Positions 35,019-48,463 of a DNA stretch of 64,000 nt are shown one piece after another; the stretch's first letter is position 1; the number at the start of each line of letters is the position of its first letter. The notes under the pieces were generated by a model. That model searched no databases, was not told the origin of the DNA, and was given only the letters and a program-made list of their open reading frames with translations. The stretch covers positions 1,612,001-1,676,000 of the forward strand of contig OZ287080.1 of assembly GCA_965645245.1 (NCBI GenBank). Reading direction: 5' to 3'. A program made the position numbers and the translations under genes. Source of the stretch: Massalongia carnosa (taxonomy: Eukaryota).

Positions 35019-38000
35019 TACGATGACGAAGTTAAGAGATAAGTCGAGGTTACGTAGCCTATCGCCTTGACGTCTGTATGCGTTTGGAGATGCGCATCAA
35101 ATATGAAGATACGTGCTATGCTGTTGACGTCGTCTGACACGTAGGTCTTGTTTTGAGACTGTTAAGATTGGCCCATAAGTGTGCTAGAGTTTCGAGACAG
35201 TTGAGGGGGAATTGGAAGGTATGTGTACCTATGCTGCTATTACTTTGAGTTCACCTTGTTTGTTCTACATTAGAATCAAGAACTCTCACTTAGCTCGATG
35301 AAGTAATTGATTTCCTAACGAGAACGTTGCAAAATATTCTATTCTTTGCTTTGCAAGTACGACGAAAACGCTTTGTTAAAGGAAAAGGGACTTATCGAGC
35401 GCTGGCTGTTGAAGAAACTGATGACCTCAGGAAATTTGAGGCGTCGGTCCAACGGAGAACTTAGAAATAGCCGATATAGGTTTAGCCTCCCGAAACTAGG
35501 AATTTCCTATCAGTGAATTCGCTCCACGTTTTACATCCTTCTGATCCGGACTAGTAAGACTAAACAACACTCATGCTGCTCAATAATTCTCAAAGAGACA
35601 AGAGCCATGCTATCCAGGCTTGGAGTTTTGGTTCAGGCAGTAAGTATCGTTTTATTATGGCTTGTCTTAGGACAACAACGACCAAAAAACCGATTATTAA
35701 CAGAGCTTTGGGGTTTCCTAAAGTTCATGTTGCTTGGGTGCTGAGGAAAGGTTCTACGGAGAGATCTCAATTTGTTAGATCCAGAAAACTCTTGTGTCGA
35801 GAATACCTGGTTTCTTTATTTCTCATTTGCCGCTATCACCACCCAGCTTCCACGGCCTTGATCTATATCGAGCTTTAGAATTCCTAGTCCAAGAGCGTAG
35901 ACGAGATAGCACATAAACGAGTATGAACATGGACGACAAAGGTCATCCAATGATAACAAAACTACTATGACGTATTCTCTTTCTTTACCGCATTGCTAAT
36001 ATAAGCATGAGATGCTGCAAGAATGTTAAGCTGAAGCGAGCCGACTAAAAATGAGGTGTAAGTTGAATGAAAGATGAAAAACGTCCCGGGTAGATTAGAA
36101 TTAGCGCTATCGAGTTGAAATCTACAAAGGAGATGATTTTGTGTCCTTCAAGTAAGATTACGCGAATTTTCTGAATGTGACAGATGAAAGATGAAGCTGA
36201 AAAAAGATCTTGATACTAAGTAGTCACCTAAATAGGGTTGATGCATATCAAAGACCTGAAGAAAGTGTCTTATCTATTCATGTGAATTCAAGTAACTCTT
36301 AAGTCGAGGCAACTGAGCGTTCCTCATCAGTTTTAATAAAAACATCAATTCATGGACTCATATGCTCTGGTTGTTAGCCATGAGCGATTCCTCTTCAATA
36401 ACCATCAAAGTCTTCTAAGATGGAGACAACACAATGATCGGATGATATTAGTAACAATGTGAGAAAAGAGGGAGGAAATCTGTACTCTCTTTACTGCGGT
36501 GATGCCGGGTGTCGAAACTGAGGTTGCGTCTCAGAAAAAGTGAAGGGTCCGTTCAACGAGAAAGAAAGAACCGTTAGAATAGGTTAGCTCCATGGTTCCT
36601 ATCAGCAGGAAGAGCCGAAGGCAAATTCATCCCTATCTCCTGCAACATCCGCTTTGTATGGCAACACATTTGTAGTTTCCCATCTAATCTTTTTATGAGA
36701 AAAGATGTCATAAAAGAAAGTTGTGAAGAAAAAGAGTAGGAAGGATATAGAAAGACAAAGAAAGAAATTTAGACAGGCAATTAGATAGCAAGATGAGGGA
36801 TACCTAGGTAGGAGAACTGGATTAAAAAGTGGAAGAAATAATACAAAGAACGATGAGCTAGCGTTTGCTAGCTTGATTTGATAAACATAAGATTTTGACA
36901 CGTTTTGATCAAAACATATGAGACTAAGAATGGGAAAATGTGTTATGATATCGAGTGATAAATCCAGTCGGGTCTGCAACTGAGGTTGAATTTTGAGTTT
37001 CAGTTCGACGAGGAAGTTTAAATGACTATATAACTGGTCAGCACAATTTTATAAGCATTCTCGTGCCTATGTCTTGCTTAATATCCTTTTAGAATATTTA
37101 ACCCAATGAAATCGTTATTTCAAGTCTATCCTGCAGCATCATGTCTTATCATTAGCTACTATGAAGAGCAAAAGATAAAAAGAGACAAAAGAAGGTAGAA
37201 GAAGAGTGAGCTTGTGGAAAACATAACAAGGAGTTTAGTTAATGGTGTGGTGATTGCTCGGGCGGCGAGTAATATCTGGGGTAATTATGGACAGGAAGAC
37301 TGATGAGAAGAAACATAATATTAAGATGACAACAGAAAATGAGATGATTGATTGAGAGGAATAAATGTGAGAAATGTGTCGAGGCTTAGAGTACTCTAGA
37401 GTCATCAAAGCAAAACCAAGGTTGAACATGCTATTGCCGTTCAACGATGAACGCTGAATAGCCTAAAGAGGTTAGTTTTATCGAGTCTAAGAACAGTTAA
37501 GACAAGCTAGACCATTTATGTACTAGTTTCACCACGGCCTCAACCTCATCACATATTTTCTACGATCAGCTATGGCATGACACAACACCTATTCCAGTAC
37601 ATCGGATATTAGGCTGTGCCTAATATGAAAGTGGAATAAAAAACTAGGATGCTGGAGTATGGAGATATCGCACGTTGGAGATGCCGGGTCAGTGATTAGA
37701 GATGTATAAGCTGCGATAAACTATCGTAAGGCTAGGACTCGCAGTCTCATCTCAGTGGTCGGGTTTTCAGGTGGCGGCGCGCTTTGAGAGCCAATGAGAA
37801 AAGTGTCAAGTGACGCCGCATACTTGCATCCTTGCTGGTGGGCTTTTGTACGCCCTGGACTTCTGTCAAGGCATCTGTGGACCTTAAATACCTCTGCCGT
37901 CTTGTGAGATTGAGTAACGGCGGCCTTGGAAAAGAATCAAGAAAGTTTCCTGCCCTTCTGCCCATGACACAGGAAGTGGTCCGTAGGGAGCCATCAAGAA

Positions 38001-38119
38001 GGGAATCGATGCAGTGACAACCATGCCCAGGTCTAGGAACGATTCTCTCTTTACTCGTTTCATAATTGGCATTGCCAAAATATCTGCTGCACCAAGGTTC
38101 GTATGTAATTACCATACAC

Positions 38120-39559
38120 ATGGCTACGAAATATGAGGAAACTCTCATTGCTGGGTATCGACAGCGGTTCGACAGGTTCAATGCAGTTGACGTCGAGAAA
38201 GAGCACACGACCAAGGTATAGACTCCTGGAACACATGCCATTCACGAAAACTCAGTCTTCATCTAGGAACTTATCGATCGGTTGGAAAAAACTCATTTGG
38301 AGGGTGAACAGGCTTCCTTGGATTTAGAGAGTGAAAGAAGTGAACGTCGCCGGCTTCAACAGCAGGTTCAAGAGCTCCGAGAGGAACTCAAAGCTGTGAC
38401 GGTATATCACGCTCTTCTCTTTCTCTGTGTTATGATCATTCTGACGCTTTACTCCTGCCCTTAGAACTGCCGCTCATTTGCATTGGTTTTGATAGATGCA
38501 GATGCAGATGATTACATTGTATGTTCTCCGATCTGAATTGGGTATAGCAACCTTCTCTAGGCTTTTTCTTACTCATCTACATCTGATATAGTTTAAAAAA
38601 AAGTTTCTGAAAAATGGGTTGGCGGGGGGAAAAGATGCCGCGGACGAGATGCTGACCAAGGTGAAAGATTATCTGAAAACTTTGGATATCGACTCCGATC
38701 GCATGGATATTATGGTTCGAGCATATGCCAACTTCAAGGGCTTGGCTAAAGTTTGTGTTGATAAGGGAATAGTAACGAAGGATTTGGATTTAAGCTTGTT
38801 TGCACATGGTTTCACTGAGCGGCAGGCCCTGTTTGATTTTGTGGATGTTGGTGCTGGTAAAGAAGGCGCGGACAACAAAATTCGAAGTACGTTGGTTGCT
38901 CGTGTTCTCCCTTGCATTGTTCCTGAAGACCACTTCCATTAATATAAACCCTGCTTACCACAGAGGCGCTTGGGTTTTACATTGGCAACAGCCAATGCAA
39001 GCATGTTATCCTTGGTTGTTGCCATGATTCGGGTTATGCGCCGTCTCTTGGTGAATATGCGGCAGATGGGTCGACTCGTACGCGAATTACTCTACTAAAG
39101 GGTGATAATATGCATCCAAGGATCAGCGCTCTAGGATTCACACAGATCCTTCAGCTCAACACCGTTTTCGCTTCTCAAGGAGGCCGCGTTGCATTACATG
39201 CAAGGAATGCGGCCAGAAGTGTATCTTCGCCCCCGCCCCTTCACTGGAATCCGTCTATCAATACCGATAGGCTCGGACCAATTTTGCGCGATGAAAAAGG
39301 GTATCGCCTAGACAAGCCGTTGTTAGGGGTTGTCCCCAATTCTCCGTTGGTCACCTTGTTGCGGAACGGTAACCTGTGCCATTCTTACTACTTGCGAGGC
39401 AAATGTACTGGTTGTTCAAGAGTACATACCTTGCCCGCACTTGACCGTGAGAGCTACGATGCATTGTGGTTCATAGCCCGCCAGGGTCACTGTCATAAGT
39501 ATCGCAGAGGGAAGCAGTGCTCCGATGAGAAGTGCATATATGGACATCAGCGTAATTAG
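38120..39559 (+). CDS. Coiled-coil, NYN/PIN-like domain and tandem CCCH zinc finger protein, 5 exons
   Basis: ATG at 38120, coiled coil, FALVLIDADADDYI/F...GGKDAAD...VRAYAN...FAHGF...FDFVDVGAGKEGADNKIR...CKHVILGCCHDSGY. C-terminal CHSYYLRGKC...H and C...C...CIYGH. Confidence 0.8.
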
Positions 39560-40247
39560 AGCCCAACTCAAGGCATTTTTACGACTACCTGGACGGCGGT
39601 TTTCGATGCCAGCCTTTGGTTCCTCATTGGTGATCCTGCATGATTCATGGACAGCGAAGGTTTTTCTCCCGTCTGAGTCTAGTAGGCAGGTCCTAATGGT
39701 TAGCTGTTTTGCTTCCGAGAGCATCTTACCAGGATGCCTTATCCCTTGATTGATTACAAAAGAACGTATCCTAGTGGTTCGCAGTTTCTCAGCAAGCTTT
39801 AAAGTTGCTGGTTTAATCTTGATTTACTTGGTGGCGATATATGATCTGTCGCTTCTCAAGCTGTCAGTATGTATATCGGACAAATCCTTTCAATCCATCC
39901 TTTTCATCATACAGCAAGAGTCTATCCCTTGTATGAAATAACTCTAACGGCAACGCATATAAATCATTTGGGGGAGAATTCATGTATGAAACATGCGAGC
40001 ACATAGAAAGGCTTTATGATCCTAATGACTTTATTAGCCATCTTGCTTAGGGGGTAAGGAAGTGAAGAAAGGAAAGGTGACTGACGGGTGTAATGGTTGA
40101 TTTGAGTATCAATCCCTAAGATTTTTACCAACACGCCAAAATCCTAGTATTTTCATATTTCATTCACGTTTGCACGTGACAAAGTGTTCCCAGATAACTA
40201 TCTGAAAACCTTACAATCATCCAAACCCACTTTTCTACCCTCTCACA

Positions 40248-41242
40248 ATGGCCATGCAAACCGGCCCCGGCGGCAAAGTCGACCGCCAAACAACCACTCC
40301 GTTTCACCTAAAACTTTTCTACCGAACTGGTGCTTTCCACCGGTGCGCTCCCCCAATTTAAATTAATCGCCTCCTCATCCACCCTTCCCAAAAACAAAAG
40401 CTCCCCTAACCTACGGATGCCACCTTTCCCTCTAACCCAGTCATCACAGACTCGATGAATTCCCCTCCTCTACACCGACCCCGCTCCCGCCCCATCTTCA
40501 GATCTACACCTGGCCCTCGTGCACGCTGCGCGAACTCTCCCACCTCCTTGTCTCCGCCCTGCCCTCGCTGCTTCCCGACCCGGCAATCGGCACACGTCTG
40601 GTCTACCGTCTCATCTTCCCCGACACGCGCGGCGCGCCCCTTCCGGCGCCGGGCCGGTACCTGAGCAAGGAGCTCGGTAACGTGGTTGTGGGCGCTGGCG
40701 ATGGGGCCGGTGACGGTGCGCGGGGTGGGGGAATTCTACCATCGGAGGAGGAGGCGGGTTTGGTGACCGGGGGAGTGATGAGGGGGGAGCTGGGCGGGGA
40801 GCCGGATAAGACGCTGCAAGAAGCGCGGTTCGTCATTGGCGATTTCATCTCGTGTGCGATTTTCCCGCCAGGGGCGAATGGGGCCGTGGCGCCTGTTCCG
40901 GGGGTGGGAGCGCCGGCGTCGGGGAGACTTGGTGGGCGTGATGGTGGTGGTGGTAGTGGTGGTGGGGGAGGAGGGGGTGGAGCGAGAGGGATGGGGATGG
41001 GGGAATATGGAGGAGGGAGAGGGGGAGGGGGGGGAGGGGGAGGTGGTGGAGGAGGGCCGAGAGAGAATGGCTACGGCGGCTTTCGGGGGAGGGGTCCGCC
41101 GCCTCGTGGCGGGGTGCCGTTTGGTGGTGGGAGGCTGGGGGATGGGGGGTTGCCGAGCGGAGAGTGGAGACGTGGAGAGCGGATTCCGGACGGGCCGGGG
41201 GGAAGGGGCTACGGGAGGGGCCGGGGACGAGGGGGTTATTAA
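40248..41242 (+). CDS. SAP18: Sin3-associated polypeptide SAP18 with RGG-rich tail, 2 exons
   Basis: KVDRQTTTPFHLKLFYRTGAFH/...LQIYTWPSCTLREL...GTRLVYRLIFPD...YLSKELG...KTLQEARFVIGDFISCAIFP. Intron ~40343-40449. Confidence 0.9.
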
Positions 41243-41718
41243 CTGGAGGGATAAATATCTCAGAGCGAGAAGCTTTGTGTCTTGTGATTCCGGATATGTG
41301 ATTCCAAGGCTTCTCTCCTTTTACCGAGAGGGTGGTCTGCGCTTAGCTGAGTACGTCGTCTTCAGTCTGTGGCGGCTATGGGAGTGGGAGCTGGAGCTGA
41401 AGCTGGGTATTACGAATACACAACAGCGAGAGTTCTTTCTCTTCCCTTCTTTCCGTTGTTTTTTCTTTCTTGTAGACACTAGGTAACTTGGATGGATAAG
41501 ACAGACTCGAGACTCTTCCTGCAAACGCACCTTCGGCCGTTTGTCGTTGTGTGATCCATTCTCTCTCACTATACGTAAATTGTGTTGCGCTCATGTGAAC
41601 CCAGGAAGAAAGAAAAAAGGAAGGAAATATTCAATCAAGATATAAGGGAAACCCATCCAGACAACCCGTCCGTCCCTCCATAACGCCTCTATAGCAAACG
41701 CCCTTTCAATCAAGCCTC

Positions 41719-42375
41719 CTAAAACTCCGCAATGGTATCCCCCCTTCGCTTCCCTCGCATGTCCCATTTTCCCTGTGCGGATTCCGTTGAGTTAGCCCTC
41801 TGTAGAGAAGAAATTCTCTCCTCGTGTGAAATCTTATTCCCTTCCAAACCACAGCGCCTTGGTTATCGATCCCCAGCCCGCTCTGCCATTTTTCAATATT
41901 TTGTCCTTCGTGGAAGATAAATGGCCTCTTCTGATCTTCCGCCCAGTCTGGCCCAGCTCATGCTCCTCATGCAACCCCAGCACCATTTTAACCCAATCCC
42001 CCCCAACCCCAATAGCTCTAAAATCCCATCAGACGAGAGGAACTCACATCAGTCCTGTAGGCCATATACCCTAGCACACCTGGCACCAGCACCATGTACG
42101 TGAGTGAGATCCAGGCTGTGCGTGGCGTCCAGCGGAAGTATTTGTAACGGTTGACCGTCATATCTGTAAGTTTTGCGCGGTGGCAGGGGTTAGTTGGATG
42201 GATCGAAAAGAAGGGGAGAGGAGGGAAGGGGAGGGACGAACTATTATATTTGACCAGCGCTGGGTCCATAGAGATGGCTGCCCGGGAAGGTGGGTTGGTT
42301 AGTCATTCGGCAACGGCGACAATGGAAGTTTTGGGAGGAAGAAGGGAACCAACTGGTGATGTTGTGGCCTGCCAT
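41719..42375 (-). CDS. NDUFB4: NADH:ubiquinone oxidoreductase B15 subunit (NDUFB4), 4 exons
   Basis: MAGHN.../MDPALVKY/...NRYKYFRWTPRTAWISLTYMVLVPGVLGYMAYRTD/GKWDMRGKRRGDTIAEF*. Confidence 0.88.
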
Positions 42376-42599
42376 TGCTATAGGAGAGTGGTTTCTTTCT
42401 CGTGATGATGGGTGGTGATGAGGGCTGTTTGAGGACTTTGGTTTGGGAAATCGGAGCAGGTGACTCGCTTATGATAATCTATAGGTTTTGGATACGAGTA
42501 TGTACTCTATTTTTCTTCATCAACTTCCAAACTTCAATTCAAGGTAAATAAAGTGTTCTCTCGTTATACCTCCAAGTAAACGGGAACAGGCTGGATAGA

Positions 42600-43634
42600 A
42601 TGGCTGAATTACAAGATGCCAAGATTACGTTGTATTGGTAAGGATCTCAGCATGTTTATATAATTGCTTCTTTGAAAGGTTTGTCTGCTTTTATGCATCG
42701 GATACTCTCCGTTTACGATGTTTGGCAGTATGTGGAGTTGTCTCGAATTTCCGTCTTCATTTGGTCATCTTTTTTTTTTGACTTTCTTCTCTTCTTCCTC
42801 CTCCTAGGCATTTGATAGTTTCATCCTAGGCACTACAGCCTGTATGGTTCTGACAAAGGCTAGGCTCGAAACATCCCGGGCACAGCGGGTTCTGTGGCTG
42901 CTGGAGGAGCTAAAAGTCGAATATGAGCTTAAAATGTACAAACGCCAGAACAAACTGGCGCCTCCAGAATTGAAGAACATCCACCCGCTAGGAAAGTCCC
43001 CAATAATTACTGTGGAGTCTGAAACCACAAAGAGACGGCTGGTAATAGCTGAGTCTGGTAACATTATCGAATATCTCATTGATCATTATGGCACCCGGCT
43101 CGCGCCTGAGAAATACCTCCAGGGCCAGAAGGGAAATGTAGGGGGAGAGACGGAAGAATGGATGAGGTATAGATATTACATGCACTACGCTGAAGGAACC
43201 TTGATGCCCTACCTTGTCGTGGCGCTTTTAGTAAATAGTAAGTCGTGGCTCTGTGCACCTCAAACAGCCCTGAATAAATGTCTATAGCCATCAAGAGCGC
43301 CGTTCCGTTCTTCATTAAACCCATTGCCAACCTCATCACCGGTGCAATTGAGTCTAATTTTCTAACGCCAAATTTTAAGAACAATTTCGATTTTCTAGAG
43401 GGCCAGATAGCTTCCTCGCCAAACAAGGGAAATTATTTGTGTGGATCAGAGCTGACGGGGGCCGATATCATCATGAGCTTCCCACTCACAGCAGCCAAAG
43501 GGCGAGCAGGTTTCACCCAGCAGAATTACCCAAAGCTCTGGGCCTATGTGAACAGGCTTGAAGCTAATGAGGCATATAAAAGAGCCGTTCAGAAGATCAT
43601 TGATCTGGAAGGCTCATATAATCCGACATTGTGA
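42600..43634 (+). CDS. Glutathione S-transferase (Gtt1-like), 3 exons
   Basis: MAELQDAKITLYW/LETSRAQRVLWLLEEL...APPELKNIHPLGKSP...IAESGNIIEYL...HYAEGTLMP...YLCGSELTGADIIMSFPL. Confidence 0.92.
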
Positions 43635-44726
43635 CCCCATAGTGGGTCTAGGTGGCTTATTGCAAGGAATTGGCGGGTATAATTAGCTTGTTTGATCTGT
43701 TGTTTGGTGTTTGTCAGAGGTGTAAATTTTTGGCGTGATCCTTTTTTAAAAATCAAAACACCATGAGTCTCGAGTTCTTCTAACAGAATACGTTCTTAGA
43801 CGAAGGCCACCTCGTTATGAAGTTTGATTTACCCCCACACAAACCCGTGCCTCCTAAGGTAGACTGAAATAGGACTGACATAGAGAAGACCTAGCTAGGG
43901 ACCCAATAGGTTGGTGTCTTCGCCTTTCGCTATTCCGGGGGTAATATATCCTCGCGAAACAATGGGATAAAACAGCCTAAATTTGGACGAGTTATTGAAG
44001 CTTGTTGGGTTCATAACGATGATGATCGACCTAAGCAGGAAAAAATGACAGTTATGACTGATGAGGATTGTCAACCCCAAATGGTATAAGTTGAGCGAGA
44101 GTAGTTGCCATTAAGCCCACGAAATATCGAAATGAATATCTGTGAAGGTTATTTTTATCATTACGGTGTCGATCAAGAAACGACAATTCTATCGGTCAAT
44201 AGACGCGGCATGTAGCATTGGACCTGCATGGCAACGAGCAGAAAAACAAGCTACGGCCACCCTTGTTGGGACTTGCTCAACTTGGTTCTGGGACAACCCC
44301 ATAGCACTTTCCTTCCGTTCTAGACCTCTTCTGCCTTGATACCCAAGGCTGTCGTTAGTTCACGACCGGCGAGCCTGCCTAACCAACACCAATCTTCGCG
44401 AAGCAGGCGATTAGTTTCTGCATCGGGATGCACCCATTGCCCTGGCTCGCCGAGATCATTCACACTTTCGGCGTGCCTCCCGCGATCTAGGTATCTGTCC
44501 GGACCCTTGCCCCGCTTGAGTGAGTCAGCGACTTGCAGCGGCAAGAGCTACCCGACGGGCGCTCATAGGTACAAACACGCCGAGACCGTAGGGGGCTGGG
44601 CCTAGAAGAGCTGTACGGTGCTGATGAACAGCCCGGAGAAGTCAGAGAAGCAGTTCCTTTAGGGATCCAAATCAGGATAGATAAAGTGTCGTCATTCCTG
44701 GAATAGGCAAAATAGGGGCTCGGTAA

Positions 44727-47407
44727 ATGCCGTCTGACCGGCTGGACGGTGGAGGAGGAGGAGAACTCATCGGGTGGGAAGACGAGAACGCGCTGCTGCA
44801 TTCCACACCAGAACACTGGTTTCCCGCCACTTCAGCCTCACCGTCTAATCTGATCTACTACTCCTCCAACTTCGAAGGTCACCCCCCGGTCACGGATGCT
44901 AGCGCCCGCAATCCCGCCGGATTAGGCCCCGCCGGCACCCCGAACGATGCCTTTTTCCACAACCCATATCAAAGCTTTGAGTTTGATATCCATCAAGGCC
45001 AGCACTGGTCGGATGTACCCACACAAGACAATGTGACCACCATAACAGCAGTAGAGACCGCCCCCACAAGCGTTGGCGGAGACTGGGCGGTCCCGTTGCC
45101 GTTGGGCGAATCCCCTCGAGATTCGATCGGATCGGTTGCGGAAGTTTTAAGTAAGGCAGGAAGCGAAAAGACAACGCAGCAAGATCTAAACATTTCACGC
45201 TCGCTTTTATCGCCTTCTCGATCCGTCGTATCGTCGAAAAACACCAAATCAGAATCTCTTAGGCCTCATCGGGCAAGTAAACCGCTCTGGGAAGAGCCTC
45301 GAACTAGCAGGCCCCCTCTAAGCACACAAATGACAAGCGGAAGTGGATACAACTCACCAACTGCCGGTCAAGGGGGTTTTGATCGAAGGAAGAACCCTGG
45401 TGGACCTCGCGCCACACCCTCGAATCGGTTGTTTTCGAGAAACCCCTTCGAACCACAAAATGAAGAAGAGCAAAGGAGGAAGCAGTTTGACTTGGATACG
45501 AGAGGGCCATCGCGAATGTCAAGCATATCCGGGCATTCGCGCGGGGAGAACGAAACCGTCGGTTCCGACGCAATGGATGATGAGTTTACTTCAAGCATGT
45601 CAAGGCGGTCAGAAAATCGAGGGGCAGGAACGACTCCAGGAGTATTGCGTACGCGCCAAGGCGATGGAATGCAGAATGGACAGCGTACGTTACCACACGC
45701 CAAAGGATTCTCCATCCAGATTGGATCAGAAATCTTCAAACTATCGGGAGCTTCTATTATGTCGGATGGTCAGTACAAACTTGGTTACATATGCTCCCGT
45801 CAGGCTTTACTGAGAATTCTAGAGCACCCTCATATTTTTCAAAGTTTTTCGAGGAGCAGCTTCAGCAGGGAGAGGCTTTGGGCGGAACGAGAGCATTATA
45901 TATTGATCGAGACCCTGTAACTTTTCAAGATATATGCCGACATCTGCAAGGTAGGACGAAGCATTCTTTAAGCCTGTATCCTCTTGGCGAATCAATTGAC
46001 TTGGGTTTAGGATATTATATACAGCCCAGGGACGGTTCTCACTTTGTCAGACTTTTCGCGGATGCACAGTTCTACAGCTGTATGGAACGATGCCCTTGAA
46101 GATGTATTACGCTAACGAAAGCAGTGCCACGTTTGATATCACAGCTCTATGAGTCGGAAATATTTGTCCAGATAGGCGGGCAGAATTTTCAGATTCCCCG
46201 AGATATATTTTCAAGTCCTGGCGACTCCCCAAATTTCTTCTCTCTTGGGTTCGCCGTCTTCTTCAGTTCTCCTGGAGACGTCTTTCCCGGTCTTGATAGC
46301 GGTGGACTTCTTCGTCCTCCTTCGGTTCATCCTCCTTGTGTCCCGAATCGGTCAGCGAAAGTTTTCTCAGAGCTTCTTCATCTACTACGAGGATATCCCT
46401 TACGAATCCGAGATAAGGACCATCGAACTGAATTGCTCCGAGATTGCCGATACTTTAACCTTCGTGGTCTGGAGCAGAAACTTATCGTGCACGACATCAG
46501 CTACAATGCCGAAAGAGGGAACTCTGAAATCATCATCCGGCTGGAAGACATCCGGCAATCCGGTGTGTCCTTTGTTGGCGACGCATCCCCATCCGAGCGG
46601 TCACCCCTCGGCGGCTGGGTCAACTATTCGCGTCCCTTTGTAGACGAAACTAGCTACGAGATCATCGTGGAGATCGGCGACGAGTCTACACGTATCGACT
46701 TTCGCAGCATGCGCGCCGACTTTTACGGCGACGCCAAAGCCCGCATCAGCAGCCTATTTCAGGTCGTCGCCAACAAGATGAACCTTCCTACCAACGCCCC
46801 TCTTGGGCTCATGATGTCGTCGGGTGGCGCCGCGCAGTCCGTCAGCCCAGGAAACACCCCGCTCAGCGAAGACCGGGTAAAAATCCGCATCGAGCGTGAT
46901 GCCCACCTCATGCTCGATGGCGAAGAATACACTATTGATGGCAACGGCTTTGAATCCCAGTCCGACTTCGACAGCATGGAACCGTCCTCGTCCCCTGGCC
47001 CACCCACCACCACCACCCGAAACTTTGTCACCGCACACCTCCCCTCGACCCCCACCTCCGCAAGCCTAAACCCGCCCTCATCGTCCAATTGGCCCACCCC
47101 GCACCCGCAATCTCAGCAACCCCCACTGGTCTTCCCGTACCCGCCCCACCCGCCGAGCGCTAAGCCCCCACCGCGCAAACGCAAGCGCCGCGGCAGTCTA
47201 GACGAGTTCGGCGAGTGGATGATTCGCAAGGGGCAGTGGCGCCTACGAGTGCAGCCACGGCTGGAGTCGAGCCTGCTCAGGGGCAACGCCAACGGGGATG
47301 GAGATGGCGGGGGGGGGGATAGTATGGAGATTGTGCTGCACGCGGTGAAGCTAGATGCCATCAGCGGGCAGAAGGGGAGAAATTCCATGAGGGGTTTCCT
47401 AACCTAA
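44727..47407 (+). CDS. BTB/POZ (K+-channel tetramerisation-type) domain protein, YLR108C/YDR132C-like, 4 exons
   Basis: FSIQIGSEIFKLSGASIMSD/APSYFS...LYIDRDP...ICRHLQG/Y...LFADAQFYS/PRL...GDSPNFFSLGF...LLRDCRYF. The long low-complexity N-terminus makes the true start uncertain. Confidence 0.85.
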
Positions 47408-48463
47408 GCTTCCTGGCGAGGTCTCAGCGGTTGGAACCTTAAGATTGTTCGCTACTATTTTGGGGTGATGTTTTTTGTTAGGCGCGGGGTTAGGAGCCTT
47501 GCATCTTTGGTAATCTTGACGTGTTTTAATATGATTTTGCATAAAATGGAACGACCTCCCTTAAGAGTTTTTTTTTTATTGGTCCTCGCCTCCCCATGGG
47601 AAGAGGGGGGAAGAGGGCCTTGAACGTGTCATGACATGACCCGCCTGACGTGCCTAATTCCTACAACAACATGGCCAACTTCTCGGTCCCGGGGCCGAAA
47701 CCTCGCTACCAAATCATGACCGTGACTTTTCTGCATTCCACAGTCCCCCTTTCCTTTCCTGCTACGCTCCATCGTACATGTGACGTATAATTTCCCGGGA
47801 AAGGACTAGATCGATCGATCGATCGATCGATCAATGGACGAGAAAGCTTTGTTTGGTGGAAGATGACGCATCGAGCTGCTAGATTGGAGAGGAGAAAGGG
47901 GGGGGGGGGGGGGGGATGGACACGCACGGGGGATGTTTAGGGGGTGGGGAGTTGGCTATGTATGTACAGTGGGAATGGGAATGGGAATATAGGAGAGAGT
48001 GGAACTCTGCGCCCCCCGGTTCCCATGGAGCTTGTCTACCTACCTATCTACCTACCTATCTACCTAGTAGGTTTTGATAAGTAGACCAGACATGTCGGGG
48101 GGAATTCTTGGTGGGTATACACACACTAAGATCGATAGAAATGCGGGAGGGAAGTGCGGGTGGGGCCTTGTATCATGGAGGAGTAAGGATGGAAGGATTT
48201 CCGAGGAGATTGATAGAGGTAGAAACTGTTTATTTTTTATTTTTAATTTTAGGTTGGATTGGATTGGGTGATAGAACGCGATTGCGGCGCTTGCCGAGGA
48301 GAGTCAAGGTCTACCGGTTTTTGTTGGCACCTAATGCGCTGTAGGTAGGAAACGGTAGGGGTCAAGGTTCGGAACCAACGGGCGAAACGACAGGAAGCAA
48401 AGGGAAATACGGGCAAATCAATTCGCCAGCTGTGCCTTTCAGGCGACCATATACACGTCTGTC

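Larger units (their letters stand above)
32340..35880 (+). pseudogene. Possible degenerate protein-kinase gene interrupted by the transposon
   Basis: Motif-like fragments in kinase order across frames: LLGKGVHGE (~32349), EIAFLDRH (32458), [transposon], LQNILF (35327), LEIADIGLA (35461), AWSFG (~35618). Confidence 0.35.

Noticed and set aside
36000..37500. AT-rich stretch as a RIP-degraded transposon
   Set aside because: No recognisable transposase or RT motifs or terminal repeats, so it cannot be supported without a search.
41775..42046. snoRNA in the long last intron of NDUFB4
   Set aside because: I could not find a convincing C/D box pair or H/ACA structure by eye. A covariance-model search would be needed.
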